From: Thermoproteota archaeon
GTDB lineage: Archaea; Thermoproteota; Methanomethylicia; Nezhaarchaeales; WYZ-LMO8
Assembly (NCBI GenBank): GCA_011605835.1
Contig: JAAOZJ010000130.1
Location: 1 to 35,643, forward strand
Reading direction: 5' to 3'
Length of the DNA stretch: 35,643 bases
Position 1 is the stretch's first letter, and each line of letters opens with the position of its first letter. Of this stretch, positions 9,724-18,291 are shown one piece after another. Position numbers and translations under genes: made by a program. Below the pieces are notes generated by a model that worked only from the letters and a program-made list of their open reading frames with translations, ran no database searches and had not been told where the DNA came from.

Positions 9724-10059
9724 ATGCGTGTGCCCAAGAAGAGGAAGAACAGGGGGAGGGCTAAGGGGGACAAGGGAAGGGACTCAATGGTCATGTGCGA
9801 CGGTTGCGGGAGGCCCGTTCCGAGGGGAAAGGCTATAAAGATCACGAAGTACGTCAGCTTCGTTGACCCTCAATTAAGGAAGGAGCTCGAGAACAAGGGC
9901 GTCCAGATAAGCAAGACCCTCGTGACCAAGTACTTGTGCGTGAGCTGCGCGATATTCCAAGGGATTAGGAAAGTGAGGGCCGAGGAGGAGAGGAAAGTGC
10001 TTCCAGGACAGGCCAAGACTAGGATAATCAGAGGCGTGGGGTGGAAGGGCCAGCAATAG
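9724..10059 (+). CDS. rps26e: 30S ribosomal protein S26e
   Basis: PKKRKNRGR, CDGCGRPVPRGKAIK and YLCVSCA...KVR. Confidence 0.95.
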   Translation: MRVPKKRKNRGRAKGDKGRDSMVMCDGCGRPVPRGKAIKITKYVSFVDPQLRKELENKGVQISKTLVTKYLCVSCAIFQGIRKVRAEEERKVLPGQAKTRIIRGVGWKGQQ

Positions 10060-10120
10060 CCCTTAGAAAGATGTGCCCCTAGAGGGCCTCTCTAAGTTCT
10101 ATGTTGTCAAGATCACCCGT

Positions 10121-11044
10121 ATGGTCGTCTACGATCTTGTAGCCATAGGCAACCCGGTGTACGATATCATAGAGACGCCATTTGTTAAGAGCATCGGCAG
10201 GGTCCTATCAGGCTGTAGCTTCAATGTAGCCTTTACCGCAAAGAGGTTGGGGATGAAGGAGGTCGCTTTGGTCGGTAGCATTGGAGGGGACTTCGAGGAG
10301 CGATTTCTCAAAACTCTGAGGAGGATTGGCCTACACTTCATAAAGGCCGGGGACGCGGATGAGACTGCTGGCTTCAGGCTCAGGTACCTCAGCTACGGGG
10401 ACAGAGAGCTGGAGGTCCTAGGCTTCGGCGGAGAGGTCTCGATGAAAAGGGTCCCTCAAGAGGTATTCAACACGAGTGCCGTCGTCGTGGGCCCAGTCCT
10501 AGGCGAAGTGGGGATCGAGGTCCCATCGACCTTCAGGAAGAGGGGATCGGTCGTTTTCCTCGACCCACAGGGCTATCTTCGCAGAGTGAGGGGGAGGGTC
10601 GTCGAGTACCACAGCAACCCCGAGGCCCTCGAGGCCTGCCGCGAGAGCTACTTGGTGAAGCCCAACGAGCTTGAGGCGAGGCTCCTCTCCGGGTTCGACG
10701 AGCCCCTGAAGGCCGCCGTGTCGATACATCAGAAGGCCGGGGCCGTAACGGCCCTAACGCTGGCCGAAAGAGGGTCAGTGATAGTCAGCGGCAAGAGGGC
10801 GATCCTAGTCCCGGCCTACCCAACGCACGTCGTGGACCCTACCGGGGCTGGCGACGTGTACTTGGGCGCCCTAGCCTATTACATACGCAATGGGCTGAGC
10901 CTAGAAGACGCGGCCTCGTACGCCTCGGCGATAGCGTCCCTGAAGGTCGAGGGCATCGCCGCCTACTTCAACCTCGACTTGGAAAAGGTCGTCAGGCGAG
11001 CTCGATGGATAAGGAGCAGGGTCAAGGTCAAGAGGTTGAAGTGA
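10121..11044 (+). CDS. PfkB/ribokinase-family carbohydrate kinase
   Basis: KPNELEA, TLAERGS and VDPTGAGDVY; the ATG at 10121 is the likelier start. Confidence 0.9.
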   Translation: MVVYDLVAIGNPVYDIIETPFVKSIGRVLSGCSFNVAFTAKRLGMKEVALVGSIGGDFEERFLKTLRRIGLHFIKAGDADETAGFRLRYLSYGDRELEVLGFGGEVSMKRVPQEVFNTSAVVVGPVLGEVGIEVPSTFRKRGSVVFLDPQGYLRRVRGRVVEYHSNPEALEACRESYLVKPNELEARLLSGFDEPLKAAVSIHQKAGAVTALTLAERGSVIVSGKRAILVPAYPTHVVDPTGAGDVYLGALAYYIRNGLSLEDAASYASAIASLKVEGIAAYFNLDLEKVVRRARWIRSRVKVKRLK

Positions 11045-11047
11045 TTC

Positions 11048-11212
11048 TCACATCAGAGGCCACTCGTGGCCGCACCTAGGGCACCTAGCGTACTGACAGC
11101 CTATTGCCGAGGAGGGGCAACCCCCGCAGGCGAAGGTCCTGGCATATGATAAGTCGAACTCGTAGCCGCACTTAGGGCACCTAATGATCCTCGTGGAGGC
11201 CCTCATCTTCAT
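11048..11212 (-). CDS. 54-aa Cys-rich metal-binding protein (not in the ORF track)
   Basis: Manual translation MKMRASTRIIRCPKCGYEFDLSYARTFACGGCPSSAIGCQYARCPRCGHEWPLM; GGAGGAG Shine-Dalgarno 8 nt upstream; fills the gap between neighbouring genes. Confidence 0.8.
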   Translation of the reverse strand: MKMRASTRIIRCPKCGYEFDLSYARTFACGGCPSSAIGCQYARCPRCGHEWPLM

Positions 11213-11286
11213 CTTGATATCTCCTCCTCTAGACAGTGCTAGAAGCCCTTTAAAAACGGTTCTACGGAAGATAGTTTAGGTGGGCC

Positions 11287-12096
11287 TTGAGCTTGCTCAG
11301 CTCAGTAGCCCTCGCCAAGGTAATCCTCTGCGCCGCGGCCCTCGGGCTGGCGTCCGTTCAGGACTGGAGGACCAGAGAGGTCGGCGACACCATTTGGCTG
11401 GTGATGGGTTGCTGTGGGGCGGCGTTGAGCGCTCTAGAGCTCTTGATCAACTTTTCCTACTTCCGCCTCGCGGCCTTGGCCCTGTCGGCGGCGCTCTGCT
11501 TCGCACTCGGCCTCGGGCTGTACTACTTGGGCTTCTTCGGGGGCGCGGACGCGAAGTGCTTGTGGTGCTTAGGGGCTACCTTGCCGTCCAACCCGCTGGA
11601 GAAGCTGGGGCTCAGCCCCCTAGGCCCCCAGAACCCGATATTCTCGATATCAATATTTAACAACTCCGTTTTGACTGCTGCCTTCCTAGCCTTGGGCATC
11701 GCGCTCTTGAACGCCACCAAGAGAGCTAAGGGCCCGCTCTTCACCAATGAGGAGAGGAGCTTCTGGAAGCGCCTCGTCGCGGTTGTGATGGGTTACAAGG
11801 TTAGTGTCTCTAAGGTCCTTGAGAGGAGGGACTTCTACTTCCCCTTGGAGGAGTTCGCCATCAAGGGAGGAGAGGTCGAAAGGAGGTTCAAGCTCTCGAC
11901 TAAGGTCACGGACAGCGACCCCTACGCGGTGCTGGAGAAGCTGGTGAAGGAGGGATTAATGAGAGGGGACGAGGAGATCTGGGTCTCGCCAGCGATACCG
12001 CTCATCGTGAATATAACTTTGGGCTTCTTTGTATCCCTGCTCTACGGCGACCTAGTGCTGGCCATAATAGAGAGCCTCTTGGCTCCCACGCTATAG
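11287..12096 (+). CDS. A24-family prepilin/prearchaellin peptidase (PibD/FlaK-like)
   Basis: Catalytic Asp motifs QDWRTREV and FGGADAK; TM segments; C-terminal IWVSPAIP. Confidence 0.9.
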   Translation: MSLLSSVALAKVILCAAALGLASVQDWRTREVGDTIWLVMGCCGAALSALELLINFSYFRLAALALSAALCFALGLGLYYLGFFGGADAKCLWCLGATLPSNPLEKLGLSPLGPQNPIFSISIFNNSVLTAAFLALGIALLNATKRAKGPLFTNEERSFWKRLVAVVMGYKVSVSKVLERRDFYFPLEEFAIKGGEVERRFKLSTKVTDSDPYAVLEKLVKEGLMRGDEEIWVSPAIPLIVNITLGFFVSLLYGDLVLAIIESLLAPTL

Positions 12097-12153
12097 CTGG
12101 GAGCAGGTTTCTCCAAAGCAATTCCTTGCAGTAATTATGAATACCTACAAGGA

Positions 12154-12342
12154 CGCCCTAGGGGTCCCTCACGTTGGATCAGACCTTCATTCCCTTGCTC
12201 GCTAGGCCATCAAGACTCCACGTAACCCGAAAGCCCCTCATCTGCTCTTTGCCTTTCTTTTTTGTTCGGGCAAACCGTCATGATGACGGTTGCGTGCTCC
12301 TCATCGTTTCTCGTGGGCTCTCGCAGGTTCGTGGTTTAAATG
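12154..12342. repeat. Copy 1 of a ~190-200 nt dispersed non-coding element
   Basis: Colinear with 34485-34681: 34/37 identity at 12204-12240 vs 34533-34569, 17/20 at 12287-12306 vs 34631-34650, and 11/13 at 12330-12342 vs 34669-34681. Confidence 0.8.
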
Positions 12343-12371
12343 ACAGATGGGTTATAGGTGTTGTGGAAGCC

Positions 12372-12415
12372 GACTTCTTCCCCACCTTGAAAGGCGAGGC
12401 TTTCAGTTGTAAAAG
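12372..12415 (-). mobile_element. IS200/IS605-type end hairpin remnant (short palindrome element)
   Basis: Minus strand CTTTTACAACTGAAAG-CCTCGCCT-TTCA-AGGTGGGG-AAGAAGTCG forms an 8-bp stem. It resembles, from memory, the GAAGCCCCGCCCTTTAGGGCGGGGAGGAGGTCA-type ends of IS200/IS605 elements. Confidence 0.55.
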
Positions 12416-12461
12416 CGAGTTACCACGTCTTTGCAGTTATTTATCGGGGCGGTTCGGCGTT

Positions 12462-13475
12462 TTATCTGAAACTCGTAAGGGCCTCCCTCGCGCGCCTAGC
12501 AACCTCTCGAGCGACGTCCACGGTCTTGGCCGTGCCGCCCATGTCCGGTGTCAGCACCCTGCCCTCCGCTATTAGCTCATCGACGGCCACCTCTATCGCT
12601 CTCGCCCTCTTGGCATCCCCCAAGTAGCTTAACATCATCGCCGCCGAGAGTATGGAGGCTATGGGGTTAGCAACGCCCTTGCCAGCTATGTCGGGAGCGG
12701 TCCCGTGAACCGGCTCGAACATCGCGTAGCCGTCGCCTATGTTCGCCGAAGGGGCGAGCCCTAGGCTCCCCACGACCCCCGCCGCGACGTCCGAGAGTAT
12801 GTCGCCGAACATGTTCGGCGTCACGAGGACGTCTAGGGTCTCGGGGGCCACCACTATCCTGTAGGCGGCTGAGTCGACGACGATCTCCTCGGCTTGGATC
12901 TCGGGGTAGAGCTTTGCGACCTCGAAGAAGGCGGAGCGAAAGAGGCCGCACGACTCCTTCATCACGTTGGCCTTGTGGACGACCGCGACCTTCCTCCTGC
13001 CCTCCCTCTTGGCCAACTCGAAGGCGAATCTCGCTATCCTCTTGGAGGCCCTCTCGCTCACGACCCTGAGGGTTATGGCCGTGGAGCCCAGCCTGTACTC
13101 TATGCCAGAGTACAGGTCCTCGGTGTTCTCCCTCACTATGACCATGTCGATCTTCTTGGATGCTTTGCCGAAGCTCTTGAACGGCCTGACGTTGGCGTAG
13201 AGGTCCAGCGTCTGCCTCAGCATCACCGTGACCGACCTGTAGGAGTCGGTGCCTGGGGGCGTCATCAGCGGTCCCTTGAGCACGCACCTACAGCTCCTTA
13301 TTACGTCTAGGGCGCCGTCCTCCATCGGCTTGCCAGTCCTCCTCCAGTACTCGTAGCCAGCCTTTACCTCCACGTACTCAGCATCGAAGTCCAGCGCCTC
13401 GAGGACCTCGAGAGCCGCCTTTATGACCTCGGGACCTACACCGTCGCCGTAGATGAGAGCTATCTTAAAGCTCAA
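12462..13475 (-). CDS. Isocitrate/isopropylmalate (homoisocitrate) dehydrogenase family protein
   Basis: GDGVGPEV, DLYANVRP, RENTEDLY, VHKANVM, NMFGDILSD and FEPVHGTAPDIAGKG. TTG start at 13475 is preceded by GGAGGT. Substrate cannot be assigned by eye. Confidence 0.93.
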   Translation of the reverse strand: MSFKIALIYGDGVGPEVIKAALEVLEALDFDAEYVEVKAGYEYWRRTGKPMEDGALDVIRSCRCVLKGPLMTPPGTDSYRSVTVMLRQTLDLYANVRPFKSFGKASKKIDMVIVRENTEDLYSGIEYRLGSTAITLRVVSERASKRIARFAFELAKREGRRKVAVVHKANVMKESCGLFRSAFFEVAKLYPEIQAEEIVVDSAAYRIVVAPETLDVLVTPNMFGDILSDVAAGVVGSLGLAPSANIGDGYAMFEPVHGTAPDIAGKGVANPIASILSAAMMLSYLGDAKRARAIEVAVDELIAEGRVLTPDMGGTAKTVDVAREVARRAREALTSFR

Positions 13476-13517
13476 TAGCGAGGACCTCCGATAAGGCTTA
13501 GAAGTAGGTGCTCGCAC

Positions 13518-14483
13518 GTGAAATTTAAGGATTTATGCGAAGAGCTCGACAAGGTCTTGAGGCTCGACGTCGGCTTCAGAGGGATAGTCGACAAGCTTTA
13601 CTACGCGGCCAGGTCTCTAGTCGGCTCGCCCCTTGTCGAGGCCGCGGCTAGGTTGATCAGTGAAGTAGAGCGCGAGCAAGTGATGGTAGTCACGGGGTTT
13701 AAGGTCTTGCCGAGAATGGTTCAAGAGACTGACGGCCCTCCCGGAGTGCTGGTCTTGGCCAAGACCCTCGCGGATCTGGGACTTGAAGTCTCCCTCGCCA
13801 TAGAGGAGGACTCCGTAGAGGTCTTGAAGGCTGGCGCTGAGATCATCGATTTAGAGTGCCAGATCGTCTCTTTGCCGATAAATCGCCCATTGACTGACTA
13901 CTCCCGCGAGCTATTCGAGCTGCGCAAGCCCGCGCTACTCGTCTTCGTCGAGAAGGCAGGTGCAAACGACGTAGGAGTCTATCACACCATGTTTGGCGTT
14001 GACATCAGTAAGTACCACTCTAGGGCCGAGAACCTCTTAGAAGAAGCACGTAAGATCGGTACTAAGACAATCGCCATAGGCGACGGCGGCAATGAGGTAG
14101 GGTTCGGTGCAATAAAGGACGCCGTGAGGGCGTTCGTCCCTCGAGGGAGGGACTGCGGGTGCCCCTGTCGAGGAGGAATCGCGGCGTCCTCTAAAGCTGA
14201 CATAATCGTCGCCTCATCGATATCCAATGTCGGTTGCTATGCAGTCTCCTGCGCGCTCTCCGCGCTCCATCGCCTCAAATGGCATCACGACCGCAACACG
14301 GAGCTCAAGCTCCTAAGGGCGATGATTGATGCTGGCGCGGTCGACGGGCTCAGCGGCGAGGGCATCATGAGGGTCGACGGCGTGCCCGTCGAGGTCTCCG
14401 CGTCGTTAGTAGATCTAATGTCCTACATGACCGCCGAGCACTCGAAGAGGGCGGAGGGCCAAGGATATCGGGACGAGGCCTAG
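13518..14483 (+). CDS. D-glutamate cyclase-like (DUF4392) protein
   Basis: VTGF...ETDGPPG, IAIGDGGNEVGFG, CGCPCRGGIA, SNVGCYA and GAVDG. Confidence 0.82.
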   Translation: MKFKDLCEELDKVLRLDVGFRGIVDKLYYAARSLVGSPLVEAAARLISEVEREQVMVVTGFKVLPRMVQETDGPPGVLVLAKTLADLGLEVSLAIEEDSVEVLKAGAEIIDLECQIVSLPINRPLTDYSRELFELRKPALLVFVEKAGANDVGVYHTMFGVDISKYHSRAENLLEEARKIGTKTIAIGDGGNEVGFGAIKDAVRAFVPRGRDCGCPCRGGIAASSKADIIVASSISNVGCYAVSCALSALHRLKWHHDRNTELKLLRAMIDAGAVDGLSGEGIMRVDGVPVEVSASLVDLMSYMTAEHSKRAEGQGYRDEA

Positions 14484-14969
14484 AGAGACGTACACCCCCT
14501 CTACTGACTTCAAGCACTCGTCGACTTCCTCGAAGGGCATAAGCGCCAAATGCGATCGACACGTACAGTCGCTACACCCAAACCCTTCGACAGGTTCGGC
14601 GATGGAGTTAATGGCCGACGCGATTACGCACTCAAACACCTTCTCCGCTTGAGAGGCTACCACCCCAACCACCATTGAAGAGTCCGACGAAGTGAGGTAG
14701 TCTATGTGCCACCTCAGCTTCTTGCGCCTGCCGAGGTGCCTCGAGACCCTACCTCTTAGGCTCAGGGCGCCTCGACCCAGGCCGGAGCCCGTGTAGGCGT
14801 AGAGGCCCCTCTTCATCCTCACAGAGCCCAGCGAGCCCACATCTATAACCTCATCCTCCACGAGGAGAATCACTACCGTGTAGACGCCTCTCTCCGGCAG
14901 TAGGCCGAGGGAGGGCTCGTCTAGCCTGTCTACATCACCCGCGGAGTCAGAACCCGAGTTACAAGTCAT
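14415..14969 (-). CDS. DUF123 / GIY-YIG (Uri) superfamily nuclease
   Basis: GVY...YAYTGS, RVSRH, WHIDYL and GFGCSDCTCRSHL; 3' end overlaps the convergent gene. Confidence 0.85.
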   Translation of the reverse strand: MTCNSGSDSAGDVDRLDEPSLGLLPERGVYTVVILLVEDEVIDVGSLGSVRMKRGLYAYTGSGLGRGALSLRGRVSRHLGRRKKLRWHIDYLTSSDSSMVVGVVASQAEKVFECVIASAINSIAEPVEGFGCSDCTCRSHLALMPFEEVDECLKSVEGVYVSLGLVPISLALRPLRVLGGHVGH

Positions 14970-15048
14970 TGCCCCAACTTGTCTAGGGCTTCAGAGGGCG
15001 AATTAACCTTTTGCGCAACAATATAAGGCCGAGGCGCTAGAGCTCTGC

Positions 15049-15114
15049 CGAGGGCTGTGATCGAGGGTTCAAAGCGCTGAGGACTGATGAAGCCGACTAC
15101 ACCGTGAGCCCTCG
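15049..15114 (+). ncRNA. Probable box C/D methylation-guide sRNA
   Basis: Terminal stem CGAGGGC/GCCCTCG; C-like GTGATCG; 13-nt guide; D' CTGA (15077-15080); C' TGATGA (15085-15090); 12-13-nt guide; D-like GTGA (15104-15107); ATATAAG TATA-like element about 25 nt upstream. Confidence 0.75.
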
Positions 15115-15177
15115 AAACCTTTAAGGTTAAGCGCCTGAAGTGCTTATTTGAGGCTAGTTGGTCGAGGAGGAAACTTG

Positions 15178-15687
15178 ATGTCCAAATCCAAGGGCCAGAA
15201 GAAGCAAGAGGCTGGCGACGAGAAGTCCATACTCATACACTCGGAGAGAGGCAATATCAAGAGGGTCGTGGAGATCGAGGGCCCTCTCCACGAGGCTGTC
15301 AAGAAGGCCGCTTTTGAGGCCCTACAGTTGTGGAACCCTGAGACCTCGGACTTCGTGGTGATGAAGGACAGCTACACCAAGACCCTTAAGCTACCGCTGT
15401 CGAAGGAGGAGTACGAGTTCTACTCGAGGTTCGAGCTACGGAGGAGCTCTAAGGAGGCCGAGGCCATCATACCCATATACATAGCATCCTTCAACAATGA
15501 GTGGAGGGAGACGGACTACTACGACAACGAGATATTCATAATAGCCCCGAAGTTGCCTCCTGAGGACCTAGAGGAGCTCAAGAGGAGAGCGATGATAGCC
15601 ACCTCAGAGGAGCAGCTCGAGGTAAGCGACCTAGGCGGGCTCGAGGAGGACCTAGAGGAGCTCGAAGAGAAAGAGGAGGAAGAGTAG
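15178..15687 (+). CDS. Conserved archaeal hypothetical protein (DUF2286-like) with long acidic tail
   Basis: WNPETSDFVVM...LKLPL...IPIYIASF pattern recalled as DUF2286-like; Glu-rich C-terminus; abuts the polB stop. Confidence 0.6.
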   Translation: MSKSKGQKKQEAGDEKSILIHSERGNIKRVVEIEGPLHEAVKKAAFEALQLWNPETSDFVVMKDSYTKTLKLPLSKEEYEFYSRFELRRSSKEAEAIIPIYIASFNNEWRETDYYDNEIFIIAPKLPPEDLEELKRRAMIATSEEQLEVSDLGGLEEDLEELEEKEEEE

Positions 15688-18291
15688 TCACCTGTTGAAG
15701 AACGAGGTTATGCTCCTCACTCCAAGTATTTCATCGAAGTCCAAGCCTAGGGCCGTGAGCACCTGCTCGAACGTGGTCCTCATGTGCTCGACGTACTTGT
15801 CGACGTCCACCTCGTCTATCCTGGCCAGTTGGACAGGCTTCACGCCCGGCTCGCCCTTCACCTTCACGTACCTTATTATCGAGCCAGCGTCCACGTTCTT
15901 CTTGTAGGCCATCAAGAGCTTGGCGGCCTTCACGTGCTGGGAGGCCACGGCATACTCTGATGGGTGCTTCGAGAGCATGACGGTGAAGGCAAGCTCGTCC
16001 AAGCTGTACCTCCTCTCCCTCAGCTTGTCGTAGACCTTCTTCGCCAAGTCCCTGAGCAAGACCTTCGACTTCTCGAAGTCCTCGGGGGTATCGACCTTGC
16101 TCAGTATGCCGACGAAGTTCAAGAAGGCCTCCTTCAAGAAGGGTGGCGTGTTCCTCTTCTTGCCCACGAGACCCTTTATGTCGACCTCTCCGTTGACGAG
16201 GACCCCCACGTAGTTCTTCTTGAGCCCAGAAAAGGCAACGAATCTGTAGCGTTTGTCGTAGTCCAGGTCGACCTTGAGCTCCTCCTCGGCCCACTTCATG
16301 AGTTCCCCTATCTTCGACTCGTCGGGGTTGTGTATGAAGATGCTGTCCGTGTCGCCGTAGAGGACCCTAAGCCCCAAGCTCTCGGCCTTCTCTATGGTCT
16401 TGGTTATTATGTACCTGCCTATCGCTGTGGTGCTCTCGGCCACGGGCGGGCAGTACAGCGAGAAGTTGGAGGACCCCATCACACCGTAGGACGCGTTGAG
16501 TATGACCTTCAGGCTCTTCTCCACGACCTCGTAGAGGCTCTTCTTGACTTGGTCCTTGACCTTCTTCGACATGGGCTTGAACCACAAAGCCCTTATGTCC
16601 CTCAACATGCCTATGAGGATCGATGTCAGCCCCTGCCTCTTGGTGCATACCCAGTGGGGTGTCGAGGGTATGACGTTGGACCTGCACTCCGGGTGGTCGC
16701 AGTTTATGACCTCGTAGGACAAGTTCCTCGTCTTGACTATGCTCGGGTACAGTGATGTGAAGTCGAGGACGGCCACGTCGAAGTACACGCCAGCGGGGGG
16801 CTTCAGCACTATGGCCCCCATGTATTTCTTGCCCTTTATCTTGGCCTCCGTGACCGCCTGCCCCTTCACGGCTATTATCTCGTCCTTCCTAGGTATCAGG
16901 TAGTTTCTCTTGCGGTGCTCGAAGTAGAGCATGTTCCTTATCCAGTTCGATATCCCCTGCCTCGTCACGTCCTCCATGCTCATCTTCGATATGCGCATGA
17001 AGAGTATTATGAGCTTCATGACTAGGTTGTCATCGAACTTCGTGAACTGCATTGTTATCTCAGCGTCCCTTAAGCAGTAAGCGGCCAGCTGGGCATAGCT
17101 CAGCTGCGAGACGGGGGCCATGAGCTGGATCTTCCTAATCGAGAGGAGGGCCTCAGCTATGGCATCCAAGGTAACGTCCCTGTACTTGCTGCCGAAGGCG
17201 TAGCCTTGGATAGACCTGTTGTGGAAGAACTTGTAGAGGTCCACGTGGACCGCTGCCGTCAATAGAGCGGCTGGGTGCTCGCCGACGGTCATGGATATGG
17301 GGATCTTGTCCCTCGAGAAGCCGAGCTTGAGCGCCCTGTGGAGCATGTAGTTCAGGTCGAAGTTGTCCCCGTTGAACGTGAGGACCACAGGGTACTCGTT
17401 GAGGAGCTTGAATATCTCCTCCAGCATCTTGTACTCGTCGTAGAAGAACCTCACCTCGATGTTATCGGAGAGCTCATCGGATTGGCCTGTCTCGACGCTG
17501 TCCCTCCTCAGCAGGAAGACGAGCCTCCTACCGTCAGAGTCCACGAGGGCGAACGCTATTATTGGGTATAGGGCCTCTCTCGGGTTCGGGAGCTTGTCGG
17601 GGTCGGGGGAGTAGACCTCTATGTCTATCGCGGCCCTCCTTATGTCCGGGACGGGGGCTAGGAAGAGCGGGAGCCAGTCCTTGAGAAGCTCCTTGGCGGC
17701 CTCCTGCCCTTCAAATATCTTCAAGACCTCTTGGGCCTCCTCTCCGCTGAGCTCCACGTCCACCCTGACCAACTTCCCGTCCTCGACTTTGTAGAGCATC
17801 CCGGGCACGAGCTGCCTGTCGAAGATGTAGCAGTTGTGGTACTTGATGTCCGCCTCCCAAGCCCTTGGCAACAGGTCCCTTATGGCCCCCTTCTTCCCGC
17901 CTATCGCTAGGGGGTCGGAGGCTATGATCTTCGTCATCTCGATCTCCCTCCCCCTCAGCACGTCGAACTTCTTGACCCTCTCGAAGCCCAAGAAGCCGGG
18001 GTGGGAGACCACCTTGCTCCTCTTGAGCTCCTCGACGCTCATGTCGGTCAAGCAGTAGGGCCTGTGCCCGGTGTCGTCGTACCAGAAATGCATCACCCTC
18101 TTCTCCAAGTCGTAGAGCTTCAGGAGGGCCCTTCCGGCCTCTCCACTATACGACACCGAGAGCAGGATGCAGGTCCCGGTGTTCCTAGAGGGCTTGAGCT
18201 CCGGCTTGCCGGCTATGTAGAGCTCCTCCTCGTACTCCGCCTCGTACTCCGCCTCAGCCTCCTCGAGGTACTCCTCTAGGTTGCTCACCAT
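15688..18291 (-). CDS. polB1: Family B DNA polymerase, PolB1 type
   Basis: Exonuclease DIEV and FNGDNFD; polymerase LDFTSLYPS, KVILNASYG, YGDTDS and KKNY; WEADIKYH; PIP-like C-terminus RSITSFF. The ATG at 18291 is the likely start. Confidence 0.95.
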   Translation of the reverse strand: MVSNLEEYLEEAEAEYEAEYEEELYIAGKPELKPSRNTGTCILLSVSYSGEAGRALLKLYDLEKRVMHFWYDDTGHRPYCLTDMSVEELKRSKVVSHPGFLGFERVKKFDVLRGREIEMTKIIASDPLAIGGKKGAIRDLLPRAWEADIKYHNCYIFDRQLVPGMLYKVEDGKLVRVDVELSGEEAQEVLKIFEGQEAAKELLKDWLPLFLAPVPDIRRAAIDIEVYSPDPDKLPNPREALYPIIAFALVDSDGRRLVFLLRRDSVETGQSDELSDNIEVRFFYDEYKMLEEIFKLLNEYPVVLTFNGDNFDLNYMLHRALKLGFSRDKIPISMTVGEHPAALLTAAVHVDLYKFFHNRSIQGYAFGSKYRDVTLDAIAEALLSIRKIQLMAPVSQLSYAQLAAYCLRDAEITMQFTKFDDNLVMKLIILFMRISKMSMEDVTRQGISNWIRNMLYFEHRKRNYLIPRKDEIIAVKGQAVTEAKIKGKKYMGAIVLKPPAGVYFDVAVLDFTSLYPSIVKTRNLSYEVINCDHPECRSNVIPSTPHWVCTKRQGLTSILIGMLRDIRALWFKPMSKKVKDQVKKSLYEVVEKSLKVILNASYGVMGSSNFSLYCPPVAESTTAIGRYIITKTIEKAESLGLRVLYGDTDSIFIHNPDESKIGELMKWAEEELKVDLDYDKRYRFVAFSGLKKNYVGVLVNGEVDIKGLVGKKRNTPPFLKEAFLNFVGILSKVDTPEDFEKSKVLLRDLAKKVYDKLRERRYSLDELAFTVMLSKHPSEYAVASQHVKAAKLLMAYKKNVDAGSIIRYVKVKGEPGVKPVQLARIDEVDVDKYVEHMRTTFEQVLTALGLDFDEILGVRSITSFFNR

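Noticed and set aside
12174..12575. 133-aa plus-strand ORF
   Set aside because: No motifs, it overlaps the dehydrogenase antisense, and it runs through the non-coding repeat without being preserved in copy 2.
15084..15140. Hammerhead-like CTGATGA...GAAA followed by an ACCT/AGGT stem
   Set aside because: Stem II lacks the closing G-C pair and stem I cannot form. The C/D sRNA model plus the downstream promoter palindrome explain it better.
15964..16755. 263-aa antisense ORF in polB, and similar long shadow ORFs (4837-5442, 12667-13287, 29726-30367)
   Set aside because: Expected by-products of GC-rich codon bias; no recognisable domains.
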